Notes under the pieces: generated by a model
Databases searched by the model: none
What the model was told of the DNA's origin: nothing
What the model saw: the letters and a program-made list of their open reading frames with translations, nothing else
Program-made: the position numbers and the translations under genes
Assembly: GCA_051294375.1 (NCBI GenBank)
Contig: CM119264.1
Span: 16,465,245 to 16,529,244, forward strand
DNA: 64,000 bases
Origin: Paraspadella gotoi
Taxonomy: Eukaryota > Animalia > Chaetognatha
Reading direction: 5' to 3'
Part shown: positions 13,225 to 27,464 of the stretch, in pieces
How the letters are laid out: each line of letters starts with the position of its first letter
Position numbering within the stretch: position 1 is the stretch's first letter

Positions 13225-15423
13225 CTTCCTACATTTTTTCTCTTTCTCTCTTTCGCTTTTCCTGTGTCTCCTTAATTCCTCAGAGACGAACCTTCAACAC
13301 GCGAGCTTAAGGCTTCACGCGGATCACGCCGAGGGTTGTGATATCTCCGGTAAAGGGAGGGGTAGTGAGTTATGATATGGAGGGGTTGTGACAGTCTCAC
13401 TTGAGGCAGTGGTCACAAAAGCTTCAATTGAGTTCCGTTTTGTGATGTTGCATAACATGAATCTTGTAAAGAGCCATCGAAACTGACCCCCCAAAAAAAT
13501 TATAGTTCAGGAACAACTTCGAATAAAAATGTCAAAAATGTCAAATGTCAAATCACAAATTAATGGCATTTTGTTCGAGAAAGTTCGAAAAAGCTTAAAA
13601 AGTGGGTGCTAATAAAACTAACAGGTTTTTTCTATCATTTAAAACCATGTTCATAAAAATCGGACAGAGAGTTCAGATGATACAACTTTTTCTTTGGGGT
13701 CAGATTCCGTGGCTCTCCTATAATTTCCAAATGTCGATGACAGTCAGCTAATGTCGAATCTGAGATGGCTTTTCTTTCTTCAGTCGGAAAAGAGAAGAAA
13801 GATTTCTTTGAAATGAGGACAATGACCGTAAAGGGTTCCATTTGTGATTATATCTGAGAATTGTGATAATTACGTTGAGGTTTTTTTTTAATACTCTTGG
13901 TACAGGTGAGGTGTTAATGACGCTATTCGCAATTAAGAGAAAAAAAGGAACGCGTGATTCTTTAGATAATCACGATGATGATTAGCGAGAAAGGGGGAGA
14001 GATAAAGATGTCGTTACAAGCATCGACGGAGTTGACGAAAATTTGGTCTCTCGTCATCCGCGTCGTCAACGTCTCCAGTGACTCGTTACGACTTTGAAGG
14101 GTAACGCGTCCGTGAAGTCGAAAATCTCGTCACGCCCTCCCCGCCGTGTTGTTAATAAGAATCTTCCTAACTGTCGTCGTCAAGTGGGCGTGTTCCCCGC
14201 GAACTCGTTAATGCCACAGTTGTTTACATGTTTACCATTTATGTACCGCGACGAAGCGAGTCGTCATTGACGNNNNNNNNNNNNNNNNNNNNNNNNNNNN
14301 NNNNNNNNNNNNNNNNNNNNNNNNNNNNNNNNNNNNNNNNNNNNNNNNNNNNNNNNNNNNNNNNNNNNNNNNNNNNNNNNNNNNNNNNNNNNNNNNNNNN
14401 NNNNNNNNNNNNNNNNNNNNNNNNNNNNNNNNNNNNNNNNNNNNNNNNNNNNNNNNNNNNNNNNNNNNNNNNNNNNNNNNNNNNNNNNNNNNNNNNNNNN
14501 NNNNNNNNNNNNNNNNNNNNTCATATTTTTTTTTGTCTGTAATAACTTACATCCACTTTAATATTTATTCACTTGGGATAGTCATATATTTATTTTTAAG
14601 ACTTTTAAAATTATTTTTAAGCCACAAAAACATTTTTCTCGGCACTTGACTTCATTAGTTTCTCTGTTCTAACGAACAGGTAATAAAAAGATCGGTCAGA
14701 ATAACATTAAAGGGAGCAATAAAAATGTGACGAATCGCCCGGCAATAAATGAATAAATCAAAATATTTTGAACAAAAACGCCATTCTCAATGAGTCAATG
14801 ATAAATTCAAAAAAAAAGTAAAAAGAAAAAGAATTCCCTTAACTTAAGGCTTAAGCCAGAATAATTGGTTCTCCCGGTTAAAAATCGGAGAGCCAATAAT
14901 TCGTTTTATATCTAATGGGTCGTAAAACCAGCGGTCGGACTTGGAAGTTATTTTCCGGAATGTAGTAATTCTTTGGCTGAGTAAACGACGTCTTGCCCTT
15001 TCTGTCAGAGGGAGCAAGCAGANNNNNNNNNNNNNNNNNNNNNNNNNNNNNNNNNNNNNNNNNNNNNNNNNNNNNNNNNNNNNNNNNNNNNNNNNNNNNN
15101 NNNNNNNNNNNNNNNNNNNNNNNNNNNNNNNNNNNNNNNNNNNNNNNNNNNNNNNNNNNNNNNNNNNNNNNNNNNNNNNNNNNNNNNNNNNNNNNNNNNN
15201 NNNNNNNNNNNNNNNNAGATAATTAATCCCGCCATCTCTGTTTCTCTCTCTATTTCTTTTTTTCCCTATTCATCTCTCTCTCTCCCGCTCTCCTTCCCCT
15301 CCATCTTTCTTTCCATCCCCGTTTTCTCTGTATAATTAAACACGCTTCGACGTTGATTGACGCCCTTTCGTTTCGCCACGCCGCCGCCGCCGCGTCTGAC
15401 GCTGCCGTCGCCGCCGCCCACAG

Positions 15424-15535
15424 TAGCGAAGGCGCTGCTTTCCCGATATCCGCCACGGCGGAATCTTTCGTCGTCCACGGCGCCGCCATCGGAGCCGGCG
15501 CGCAGTCGGTGATGGCGCCAGGAACGGCGTTGGCG
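15424..15535 (+). CDS. Probable next exon (cytoplasmic tail) of the same gene, truncated by an N gap
   Basis: Acceptor cccacag|T is phase-compatible with the phase-2 donor at 12349. Reads (G)SEGAAFPISATAESFVVHGAAIGAGAQSVMAPGTALA. Confidence 0.5.
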
Positions 15536-16276
15536 NNNNNNNNNNNNNNNNNNNNNNNNNNNNNNNNNNNNNNNNNNNNNNNNNNNNNNNNNNNNNNNNN
15601 NNNNNNNNNNNNNNNNNNNNNNNNNNNNNNNNNNNNNNNNNNNNNNNNNNNNNNNNNNNNNNNNNNNNNNNNNNNNNNNNNNNNNNNNNNNNNNNNNNNN
15701 NNNNNNNNNNNNNNNNNNNNNNNNNNNNNNNNNNNNNNNNNNNNNNNNNNNNNNNNNNNNNNNNNNNNNNNNNNNNNNNNNNNNNNNNNNNNNNNNNNNN
15801 NNNNNNNNNNNNNNNNNNNNNNAGAGAGAAATTATAATTCCGTCCGTTAATTTTCTCCTCTTTTCCCGTTAATTATTATCGCTCGTTCAACCATTCATTA
15901 TTTTCTTATTTTTTTCCTTTTCGTTCAACAACGACATTCATTATTCACCCAATGTTTTTTTTGTCTTTTTTTATCTAACCGCAAATTCTTTTTNNNNNNN
16001 NNNNNNNNNNNNNNNNNNNNNNNNNNNNNNNNNNNNNNNNNNNNNNNNNNNNNNNNNNNNNNNNNNNNNNNNNNNNNNNNNNNNNNNNNNNNNNNNNNNN
16101 NNNNNNNNNNNNNNNNNNNNNNNNNNNNNNNNNNNNNNNNNNNNNNNNNNNNNNNNNNNNNNNNNNNNNNNNNNNNNNNNNNNNNNNNNNNNNNNNNNNN
16201 NNNNNNTTTTTTCTCGTCAAACGAAAGCATGCTTGTTTTTTCTTTTCTTTCTGTCTTTATTTCTGTCTGTCTTAAT

Positions 16277-16277
16277 T

Positions 16278-16357
<80 letters not shown>

Positions 16358-16400
16358 TTTTTCTTTCTTTCTTTCTTTTTTTCTTTCTTTCTTTCTTCTT
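16277..16400. repeat. (TTTC)n microsatellite
   Basis: Directly visible in the sequence. Confidence 0.9.
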
Positions 16401-16818
16401 TTCTTGCTTTCTCGCTTTCTCTGTTTCTTTATCTATGAAAATTTTCAAATTACTTGTTTCACTATTTTCTATTTTTATATTTTATGAAGGATTTATTTTT
16501 TAATCTACATTCTTTAAATATATAACTATTGCTTTCTTAAAAATATTTTACTTATCATTAAATCTAACTCATTTTGGGAAGGGGAAGTCAGTATTGTTGC
16601 TTTTGTTGTTTTTGCTTATTTGTTTCTATCATTCGTTTTTTTTTTCTTTTTTTCTCTCTTTCGCTTTTTTGTTGTTCTTTTTTTTTCATCCACTTCCCCT
16701 TCGCTTTCCGCTGACAAATGATCTTTCGTCCTCAATCCCGCATTTTTTTTCGTTTTTTTTTGTCGGCCACGCCCTCCTATCCTCCACGACTGTCCCCTCC
16801 CTCTCAATTCATCACTAG

Positions 16819-17007
16819 ACCCTCCGCCCTCACCTCACCCGCGTCCCTTCAGCCTTGCTCACCTCATCCTCCCCACTCCCTGACAGCGCCCCCTGCGGCC
16901 ACGGAGCGGCGCTACTTCCGGCGGACCACGTTCTGGCTACGCAAATGTGGCATTTTCGTCACTTTCAGTCTCCCGTCACGGAATCGCTGCTAGTGGAACC
17001 GAAGCAG
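16819..17007 (+). CDS. Probable further exon of the single-pass membrane protein gene
   Basis: Boundaries cactag|ACC...AAGCAG|gtgtgg; 63 open codons (TLRPHLTRVPSALL...VTESLLVEPKQ); GC-rich island in AT-rich flanks. Confidence 0.4.
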
Positions 17008-18659
17008 GTGTGGCGGGAGAGAGAGTAAGACGAGAGAGCGTTCAGAGAATAACGCGGAATAGGAGTTAAAACTCTGTAGGGTTGTGATGTCGTTAAAGTT
17101 TCAAGGTGGCCAAATGAAGTTGAGCGTTAGTTTGTGAAAGCCAAAAATATGTCACGAAATAGGAATAACGCCCGAGCAGAAAATATTTTTTTAAAAATAA
17201 AAAAAAATCTATATATTAATGGAATTTTCCGACGCTCAATTTCTAAACTATTTTTTCCTCTATGTATTTAAAAAAAAAAACCCTTTGTTTTATTTTTTTT
17301 TCTAATTCAATGACGAATTAAATTCCAGCTTCTAATAATTATTCTCCTCAAAATTATCTCATTAGTTGGAAACGTTTTCCCTTTCGATCTTTAAATTTAT
17401 TAAATTTAGCTTTCTCTTTTTCGTTACTTTGAACATAAAATTGATTTGAATATTTTTCTTTAAAAGCCGTTGCCTTTCATTCGTCTTGAGACAGATTGCT
17501 TTTTTTAATACCGGGAAAAGGATTTAAAAAAAAAAGGCAATNNNNNNNNNNNNNNNNNNNNNNNNNNNNNNNNNNNNNNNNNNNNNNNNNNNNNNNNNNN
17601 NNNNNNNNNNNNNNNNNNNNNNNNNNNNNNNNNNNNNNNNNNNNNNNNNNNNNNNNNNNNNNNNNNNNNNNNNNNNNNNNNNNNNNNNNNNNNNNNNNNN
17701 NNNNNNNNNNNNNNNNNNNNNNNTCTCTCTCTCTCTCTTTTCATTTGCAGGATAAATCGCATTTGCCTTACGAATCCAATTTGTGATTTTTCGTTCCGAC
17801 GTGGAGTTGTGAACAATAGAAAAGATAAAAACGGAGGTGAAGATGAAGAACGGAATTCGATTTTCTTCAACAAAAATCGCACGAAAATGTGGAAAGAGTT
17901 TTAGTGAATTTCATTCACTTCGGGAAATATTTCAGAACCATTTTTAAACGTTTAGCGTTCAGAATACTATTACGCATTAAACTAATGACATGCGAGAATT
18001 TGCGAGATGATTGAAATGAAAGAGAAAATTTACCAGGTAAATCTCTTTTAAATTGTTTTACTTTGTGAAATTTATCGAGAATAAATAACACCTACAGGAT
18101 CCAAGTCCCATTTTTTTCTTTCGTAGAATTTTGAAAGATGGTACTCTTTACCATATTTTTTTCTTAAAATCATTGAGATTTCTCATTGTGCTTTTATCTC
18201 TCCCCTCTCCCTTTGTTTAAACATTTTCTATCTGTTTTACGTCATTAAAATTTGTTTAAAAAATGTTTCAAAGAAATGTAAAATAACAACATTATTGTAC
18301 GATAATTTCGTCCCTGTGATTTTATTAAAAAAACAAATTCCTACTGTCTGTCGACTTTTATGTTAAGCTAGACAAAATATACTCATAAAATTACTCACTA
18401 TAAATCCGTTCAAACTACCCTTTGCCTTCTTTAGCCGGAAAGGGAAAATGTTCATATGACAATCGTCGATCGATGAAGAGAAAAAGCCAAGAAAAGAAGT
18501 CTGCTCCGACTCGGGCTCGAACTCGGGACCACTCCGTAGCCGACCATTAGCGAGGCGCCATTCAAACGAGGCAGCGTCGGGCGGCCGCAAAGGAAGTAAA
18601 AAGCGGCTTTACTGTCTCTTCCGGTATTGAAAGGAAAAAGAGAAGATAGAGGAAGGAAA

Positions 18660-18752
18660 GAGAGAAAGAAAGAAAAGAGGAAGGGGAAAGGCGGGCAGCA
18701 TTAGAAAGAGAGAAAGAAAGAAAAGGGGAAGGGGAAAGGCGGGCAGCATTAG
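18660..18752. repeat. ~48-bp tandem duplication (AGAGAAAGAAAGAAAAG.GGAAGGGGAAAGGCGGGCAGCATTAG x2)
   Basis: Two near-identical adjacent copies. Confidence 0.8.
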
Positions 18753-19836
18753 AGACCGGGGGCGTTTTTGGAGCCATAAGTTTTCAAAGGACCGAGAAGG
18801 AATCAATGCGAAACAGAGACAAACAAATAAATCGTGTCTGAATTTCTGAGGAGGAGTGGAGAAGGAAGAGGAAGAGGGGAAGGAGGAAAAGAAGTTGTGA
18901 CGGAAGACGTTACACTGTTATGATGACGAGGAAAGAACAGGCTCTGATTTTGGATCGAGTTAAGACGACGACGACGAAGAAGAAGAAGAAGACGAGGACG
19001 ACGACGACGTCGCTGAATAAAACCTGATTTATTTAGAAGAAGCTTCGCCCGTCGCTTCGCCGACTGATAGAGCCGAACAATGGAGCCATAATGGACGGTG
19101 GAACGGAAAAGCCTTTAAGAAAGTATATAATTACGAAAATGTAATTCATTCAAAATGTTGCTCGATAGGTCAAATCGAGCCAGGAACATGCGAAGACAGC
19201 ATTGAGAGTTCGACTTTGCGTGAAAATCAGAGCCTCTCCAATCTCCACTGTGGCATAAACATCTTTTCTGATAATATTGATCTTCTATGGTTCTCGTTCA
19301 ATCTTCTGCAAGTGAACGGACATTTCCGTTTTCTTCTTCAATCTTCAACTGGCGACTATTTGCAGAATCTTAAGCAGCTTTTCCTGAACTGGCGTCTCCC
19401 TCTTCCATTATCCATCAATCGACTTCAGAAAGCTTAAACTCTCTCCAACAGGCGCCAATACAAGCCAATGGGCGCTAATTCGCTCCAACAGGCGCCATTC
19501 CACTCCAGCAAGCGCGGCGTCGATCTGCTCCAGTCCAGGGGAGTCGATTCGCGAATGCCATCGACTTCCATCTCTTTTTCCCCATTAACTTGGTGAAGCA
19601 ATCTCTTCATAAGAGACTCTCTCTCTCTCTCCCTCTCTCTCTATCTTTTTCTCTCTCACACACTCCCACTCCATTTATTACAACTTGATCCAGCTTAGCT
19701 TTTTTTCCCCTCTTTTTTTTCCTTCACTATTTTTTCCTTTCCATCTTTTTTAATCCTCACCACTATGATCCTACCGAAAAAACCTTTTCTCATTCTTTCT
19801 CTCGTTTTTATTTTTCTTTTTTCACTCTCTCTTTAT

Positions 19837-19928
<92 letters not shown>

Positions 19929-21938
19929 CTAACTTTACGCACCTCGATAGAGCTTGAAGAAGCGGCTCCCGTTTCATTAGTATTCGGTCTCTTCGCCTCC
20001 AATACTCCATCCTTTCCTCTGCTATTGATCATTACCTCGAATCATTAACGATCCCATCTTTACCCCGCCACATTTCCGCTGCCCTTCAAACTACTCTATC
20101 TGTTTTCGCGAACCGATTTAGTGTCACAGAACTTCCTAACCTTGTCACACCCTTACCTTGCCTCGCCTGGTTTTTTTTTATCTCCCCTTAAAGCACCTCT
20201 CCCTTCCTTACCTTCCGCGGCCCAACGCTGCTCATTTGTATTCGCCCCTACCCCGACTCCCTGGGCCCCGCGTTCTGCCTCATTGGGGTCCTGGAAATTC
20301 AATTCTCGTAATGACGTGGTTGGTGTCGCCACAGTCATCCAAGGATTTTTTTCATTTTTCAAGGGAAAATTTTTTTTTCTCCCTCTCCGTTTTTTGACAA
20401 ACCTTTAAAAAGATATAAACGTGGTTTGAGCCTTAAAATAATTAAGTAACGTTATTCGTTATTTCAAAATCATAAAAAAATAAGAATCTTTAAAAGAAGC
20501 CATGTTGGCTGTGGCGTTCTAAAAAGTGAGTAAGATTCAGGAATTGATGCTTGACAGCCTTTAAACTGCCCGGCTTTTAAATGGTGGTGGGCGCGGTGCC
20601 CTGCGCGGTCGCAGAGTTGCGAATATATTTTTTTTTTATCGCAAAAGGCGGGTTTTTCACGAGAGCAAATCGCGGGCCCTCACGGTCGGGTGATGGATTT
20701 TTGAGGCGACTCCTCTGGCACCAACGCCGGGAAGAAAAAACCCGGCGCCTTCCTCAACGGCGTCTCTGCCTTTCGTTGCTTCGTGACTGAGAAAGACAGA
20801 TGCGCTTCCCAAATGGAATGGAACCGAAAACCGGAGGCGAAAGTGAAACCGGAAGTGGGACTCGGATCCAGAAAGGAAAACCGAGAACCGGAAGTGAGAA
20901 GGTAAAATTGAAAGAAAGAACATCAAGGAAAAGAGCATAATAAAACAAAACCAAAAGACCAAAACAAAACAAAATAATAAAAAAAAGAAAACTACGTAAG
21001 AGAAATTAATATAAAAATAACAAATAAATTGAATTAGAAATATGAATAAAAAAAAACAGAATTTAAAACGCTTTGACGAAAAGGGCGAGGAAAAGAGGCG
21101 AAACAGGACAGAAAAGGTTGATCGAAGAGACGAGAGATTACGAACAGAGTTTAGAACAAAGAATGTCTTAAAGACATTTTTCAAAAGTGAAATTGAGTAA
21201 ATACTGAATAGTGAAAGACGATGAAAATTATTGAAACCCTTCTGCACAACCCTGTGGTTCCAAACATTCAAAAATACTGTAAATACTTCTCTTCGGTTGG
21301 TCATCTAATTGGAACGATTAGCGAAGTATCTCATGTAATTGCAATATATTTCGAAAGTAATTAATAATCTTATTTAGAATAATGCCGTTTGTTAAGTAGT
21401 CCGATGTTTAAACTGACTGTTTCGTAACGTTTTTTAAATTGGTTTATTTTCCTTTCCGCTCATTAACACTCTTTGTTCTCGGCGAGGCTCTCCGCCTCCC
21501 GTCCGGCTTTTCTAATTTGCTGTTTCGGTTTCGCCTTTATTCCCTTTTGTTTTTTCCTTTTGTTTCATTCTCGGCTTCACGCAATCCTTCCTATAATTCT
21601 TCCATTTGTTTAATTTTTTTCTTAGAATATTTAATTATTTTTTCTCTCGGGTTGCTGTTACACACCATCACTCCATCAGAATTGGAGAAAAACGACCGAC
21701 AGGAAAAAAAAATGGATTAAAACCGAAAAAGTGACATCTGGAATGAAACTCGCGCGTGATCCCTCCCGCGATTCTGAGCTCGCAACCACCACGACCCAAT
21801 TCATATCAGATTCTCTACGTTTTCGATTCCGGATTCCGCCTCAGATCCGGAAAATACCGAGAAAACCAATTCCATCCTTCTTTTCAGTTCTTTTCGCCAG
21901 CGCAATTTTAGAAGGAGAGGGGAAAAAAATCCCTCCTA

Positions 21939-22012
<74 letters not shown>

Positions 22013-23507
22013 CTTTTTTTTCTCCCTTCTTATAGCTCTCTTTTCTCTATCTTTCTCTGTCACTCCTGTCATCCTGGAAAATGGGTTGATACTGTCAGTG
22101 TCTCTCCACCTCCCTTTTCAGACGTTATTGCGCGGGCGTGGGCCAATGGATCTGCCTATGGTGCTGAGGACGCTTATGACGCTGACGGCCTTGGCGCAAA
22201 TGACCCAATGGGAGGCGATTTGCGGCGGTGACATTTTTCCCGGTCGTTGGCGATTCCAAGGCAAATGCGCTTAAAGAGGTCACCGAACTGATTAGAATAT
22301 TAATTAAGGTTAAAGAAAAAAACCCAAGCAAATTATTGGATTTTGCATCCCAACTTATGGGTGAATGAAACTTTGGGACAGATCCAATCCAAGTGATTAT
22401 GACACCACGGTCTTGAATAATCCATAACTCCTTTTTATAGGGACATCGTCACTGCCGCCTCATTTTTTCCCCATCTATCGTTTCTCTCGTGTTTCGTCCC
22501 GTATTGTCCTTTTTTTGACTCGAGTCTATTGGCCATTTTTTTCCTACGAACGCCACGAGAGGTCCTTGTCGACGATTCAAATGAATGGACGATTTAAAAA
22601 AAAAAAGAGCAACTCGGAGCCATTCTTGTTAAAAGAGCGAGCAGTCGTAATCTTTTTTTTTTCTTTCTCTTTCTCTCTTTCAACCCTCTCCCTTCCTTTC
22701 CCACTCTCTTTTTTTACTCTCCGAATGAATGAATGAATGAATGAATAAAAGCCAAAAAATAAAAAAAAATATGAACGCTCGAGCGCGAATAAATGGAGTT
22801 CCCCGAAGCAAAACAAGCGCTCAAGGGCAAAGAGGCCATTAAACTCGGCGGTGAAAGAGAGACAGGAGAATCGCGGGAGGAGAAGGATCGAGACGACGAT
22901 CGCGTCCAGCGCGGGATTGAAGCGATCGAGCCGAGAGCGAAATTGTACCGATTACTTCAACACGATAACGTGATCACGAGACGCCATCTGTCGGTGCTAA
23001 TTGTATTTGTACAATGATCTATTATTGTGTGTAAAGATGCTTCTATGCTATTAAAAAGATGAAAAATGATAAAAAGACTGGTTATGGTTAGAACGAAGAA
23101 GCAAGTATAGTAAATAAGTAGAAAAATGAAGTCAATTCGAAAAGTATGACGAGGAGTTCTTTCGACGTCATTTGAAACGGGTAAATTAGTCCTGTAAGTG
23201 ATATCCCACGAGGAGTTGCCGCCAGACGGCAGCCATCTGACTCACAGCCACCCGACGGACCTGACGTTATTAATATTATCATATTAATATTTTATCTATT
23301 AAATCAATTGAAATTATAATCTATAAACTACTACCTAAAAGGTTATAACGCAAAGACGCCCTTCAAGAAACACGAAGAAAGAAAGTTTCAAACCGACGCT
23401 AATGGAAGGTCGCTGCGGCCACGCGCGAATTTTCCTAGGAGAGTTCAAAAATCCGGGATTGAATATTATGAGTTTGAAAGATCAAGATAAGTAAGTTCAG
23501 GAAACGA

Positions 23508-23548
<41 letters not shown>

Positions 23549-24047
23549 TAGCGAGAGAGAGAGAGAGAGAGATAAATCGGGCAGAGAATAAATATAATCC
23601 CCTAATAAGGATGATGTATTTCTTTGTACTGCCATCATCGCCGATTCGGCCCGAGACAGAAAATGTAATTTCTCGAGGGAGATCGATTTGTCCTCTAATG
23701 GGATGGACTAAGAGGGACAACGACTCAAGCGAGATCCCAAACGAGGATGGGTCGGGACATTGGGAATTAAAGCAATGATCGGGTGCAATGAAAAATTATT
23801 AAAATTCGGGCATCTTAGTCGTTTTTAAAAATATTATTCTTAAACATTTTTCTTTCTTCTTTTTTTATTTCTTTTTGAGAAAAGAGGTCTATTAGGAAAT
23901 CACTCCTGTCCGAGATCATTTTTCTTTTTTGTTTTTTTTTCTTTTGTTTGTTGTTATTATTCACGAATTCAATGCAAAAATCTACGAATCATTTTCTTTC
24001 TTTTTTTAAATCGAGCCCTATCTCTGCTCTCTCATCTCTCTCTCTCA

Positions 24048-24090
<43 letters not shown>

Positions 24091-24104
24091 CCTCTCTCTC
24101 TCCT

Positions 24105-24135
<31 letters not shown>

Positions 24136-24934
24136 GGTAGAAGTTGGAGGCAGTGAATGGAGAAGAAAAAGAAAAAGGTTTCTTCAGCATTCTCTGTCTC
24201 CCCCTTTTCCCTGGTTTTCGTTCACTTTAATTTATGCCCTTTTATGGCCTACTTTTTGGGTCTCACCCTCGCGTTTTGGTTCCATCAAGTTCGGTCCTAG
24301 GTTTTCCCTTCCAGACCTCGTTCGCCTAAAAGAGAGAAAAAAAAGGAGAGAAAATGGTCTCTTTGTCAAGTCCGAAGCCGGGACCAATCAGGGAAACTAT
24401 CAATCCATTTTTTTTATCACTCGCCTCACAAGAGAGGCTCCAAAAAAGTCTTCCATTCATAGATATTATATCTGAAGACTGTCGAATGTCGATTAGCGAA
24501 AAGCATTAAAATTTAAAGGGATTGAAATTACAAAAACCAAACCAAACCAAACGTCACGAAGCCAAGGAAACTTCAAAGAAAATAGAAAGAATAAAACAAA
24601 AGAATAAAAAGAAAGACTAGAAATTAAAAAAAGAAGTTGTTGACGTGAATCTACTTTGAAGGAAAGAAATCGGGTCTGAGTCACTGAGGGTGCGACAATG
24701 AAATTGAAAAAAGAAAAGAAAAAAGAGAGAAAGAAAGAAGGCAAGGAAGCAAAAAATAAAGAAAAAAAAATGTAAGTGTTACTAACAGTAACGGTGGGTT
24801 AGGCGGTCGTCCGTATTTCACTGATTAATCTAAAAACTTAAAGTGAAATTTATTCGTTCTCTTCGCGAAGTTTCCTTTTTCAATCTGTTTTTAATGATCG
24901 AGCGTAAACGACTCTCGTCCCTCTTTCCGACATT

Positions 24935-25020
24935 TGATTGGTTGAGCGTTGATTGGCTACGTTGATTGGCCGAGAGCCAGGTGACTTGAGAGTCATATTT
25001 CAGGCGGTCGAGGGCCAATG
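24935..25020. promoter_or_regulatory. CCAAT-box cluster (possible NF-Y-type promoter)
   Basis: TGATTGG three times (ATTGG at 24937, 24952, 24965) plus GCCAAT at ~25014. No linked gene identified. Confidence 0.3.
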
Positions 25021-26752
25021 AGCGAAAGAAGTCGGGAGATTGATGCTTTTCTCTGGCGGTCAGGACGGGTCGGGATGGGAGGTGAGGGAATGGAGGTGAG
25101 GAAAAGGGCGAGGAATGGGTGCGTCAGAATGGATCGGAGAGAGAGAAAGAAAGGGGCGTTGCTATGTGAGATATGAGAGGAAAACGGAGATGAAAAAGGG
25201 GAAAAAAAAAGGAAAAAGAAAAAATGGAAGAACGAGGCGGAGATATTAAGACTTTGAAAGGAAAAAAAAAAAGGTAAAAAGTGAGGAGGAAGTCTGATGC
25301 GAAAATGAAAAAGAATGCGATGACAGGTGGGAGACTCGAGGCTCAGTTCCAACGAAGGAAAAACCGAGCGTTTTAAAAGAGAGGCGCTGTCATGACGGAC
25401 TTTTTTTTCTCGTTTTGAACGTTTTTATACGTGAAAAATTTATCATTTGATTTTAAAAACTAACAAATATTTGATGATTTTTCATGATTATTAACAATGA
25501 ATTATCGATCCGTTCAGTAGCTCAGCATGAATTTATGATGATCATTAAACAATAATCAGGGTATCATTTACTGAATAACAAATATTCACTTAAAACTTAC
25601 TAACTTATAAAATAACGTGTTAGCAAGTTTGTTATTTTCCATCTTACTACTAAATAGTTAAATATTCGTCACCCATTTTTTTTCAAAACATCTTCAAGAA
25701 AAAAAAAATAAATCCGGAAACCTCTTAAAACCAAAACAAAAGGAAAAGAAAAAAAAAGTTAGGAAAAGATAAAAACCCACGATGACGGAAAACAAAAACA
25801 GTTTGGAAGAGATAAAAACCCACTACGATTTTTTTTCCTTTTTCTCGTCCGCCATATTTCGTAGACGACAGAGACGCTCGGCGGTGGCGCGTTGGAAACT
25901 CGACGACGAGGAACAAACAAACAAAAGTCCCGCGAGGGTCTTCGCTTTGTTTTCGGGAGTGGAGGAAGATAAGTTTGGTGCCGCGAGAGAGTGGAGGTAG
26001 CGTGTTTAGTGAGCCGGTTGCGAAAGAGGTGGAGCCCTTCCCCGAAAAAGATTATCAATTTCAAATGCTTCCCTACTTATAAATTAATTAAATTCCGTTA
26101 TGAGGATATATAATATTTTCTCCAAGATCGTGACAAAAATAGCACATAAGCACAGTTGAACAGCGTGTATCTAAAACGAGAACGCTTTTTTCAATTATAT
26201 AAAAAAAAATATATTGTAAAACTTAGTCAGAAAAAAGAAAAATTAGTTCAAAAAGGTGAAGAGGAGAAAAATGATAAAATAGTTTTGAAGGCATCCTCCC
26301 TTTTCTTTTTCGTCACGAAATTAACGTTGACAGAATTGTGAGCGACTTTGAGATGGCACCTGTTCTTCCCTGAATTTCGAATTGGCAAACGCCTCCATCT
26401 GGATTCCGTTGATTTTCAATCATTTGTCCATGAATTCAAGAATAGGCGCTGCGGGTGGTGTTTCATGCTTTTCAGCAGGCTTCATTAAAAAATCCGGACA
26501 AGACAAAGAGTACTGATGTGGTTCCTTCTGATTCCTAACTTTTTCTTACAGCAAGGGCTGAAGTTTGTGAACTTGTAGACCCTTGTGAAGTCCTTTTATT
26601 GGCGTTGCGTGAATATTAGAACCGATCGATCGTCGCGGGATTCTGCTTGTACAACAACAACAACAACATTCTGAAATGAATGAAGAGGAGACAAGGATGT
26701 TACTTTCCAATCGAAATTCTTTCCAGAGAGAGAGAGAGATGAGAGAGAGAGA

Positions 26753-26809
<57 letters not shown>

Positions 26810-27464
26810 TCTCATCTTAACCTGAGCTTCATAAGACTTGCAAAGACGCGATTTGCGATTCAGGAGAGAAAGCGAGAAGCGAGGGACGTGAATCGTTCTA
26901 TCGATTTTTGACTCGTGGAGGAGAATGAGTTTTTCTTCTCAAAAAAATACAAACCAGTTTTGTTGTATTTTTTTTTCTCCGTAAACTGCATCGAATAATT
27001 GAGTTCAGTTCAGTTCATTTCGGTTGGTAAAATCATTTGTGCGATATGCTTTCAAAATTTTTACCTTCAAAAAATTATTTGTGATACTTTTAGCATGTAA
27101 CGATTATTTAGACATTAATCGCAATACATTTTTTTAATATTTTATAATCAATTCGTGCGGCGCCCAAGTCGGACTGATCGTTAAATTTAAAGGTTTTAAT
27201 TTCAAAGTAGTAAAAAATCGCGAATAAAAATGCCACAACTTACCTGAACTCACCCTGGCCTCGGTTCGATCTCAACTCCCACACCACTTTTGTTTTTTTT
27301 CGGCAAGAGAGATTCGCAAGTTCCCGCCAGGAGAAAACTCGTCAAACTGGTCACGAAACTCGAAAGGAAAATTGGTTCCTGTTATGCCCCTCCTCTTTCT
27401 CTGTTTTGCTGCGCAGAAATTTGAACGTTAAACCAGGAAAAACTTCCTCGCCTCTCTCGTCACG

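Noticed and set aside
19200-19600. Possible decayed coding fragment with short CTCCAACAGGCGCC repeats
   Set aside because: Stops in the frames I examined and no recognisable family.
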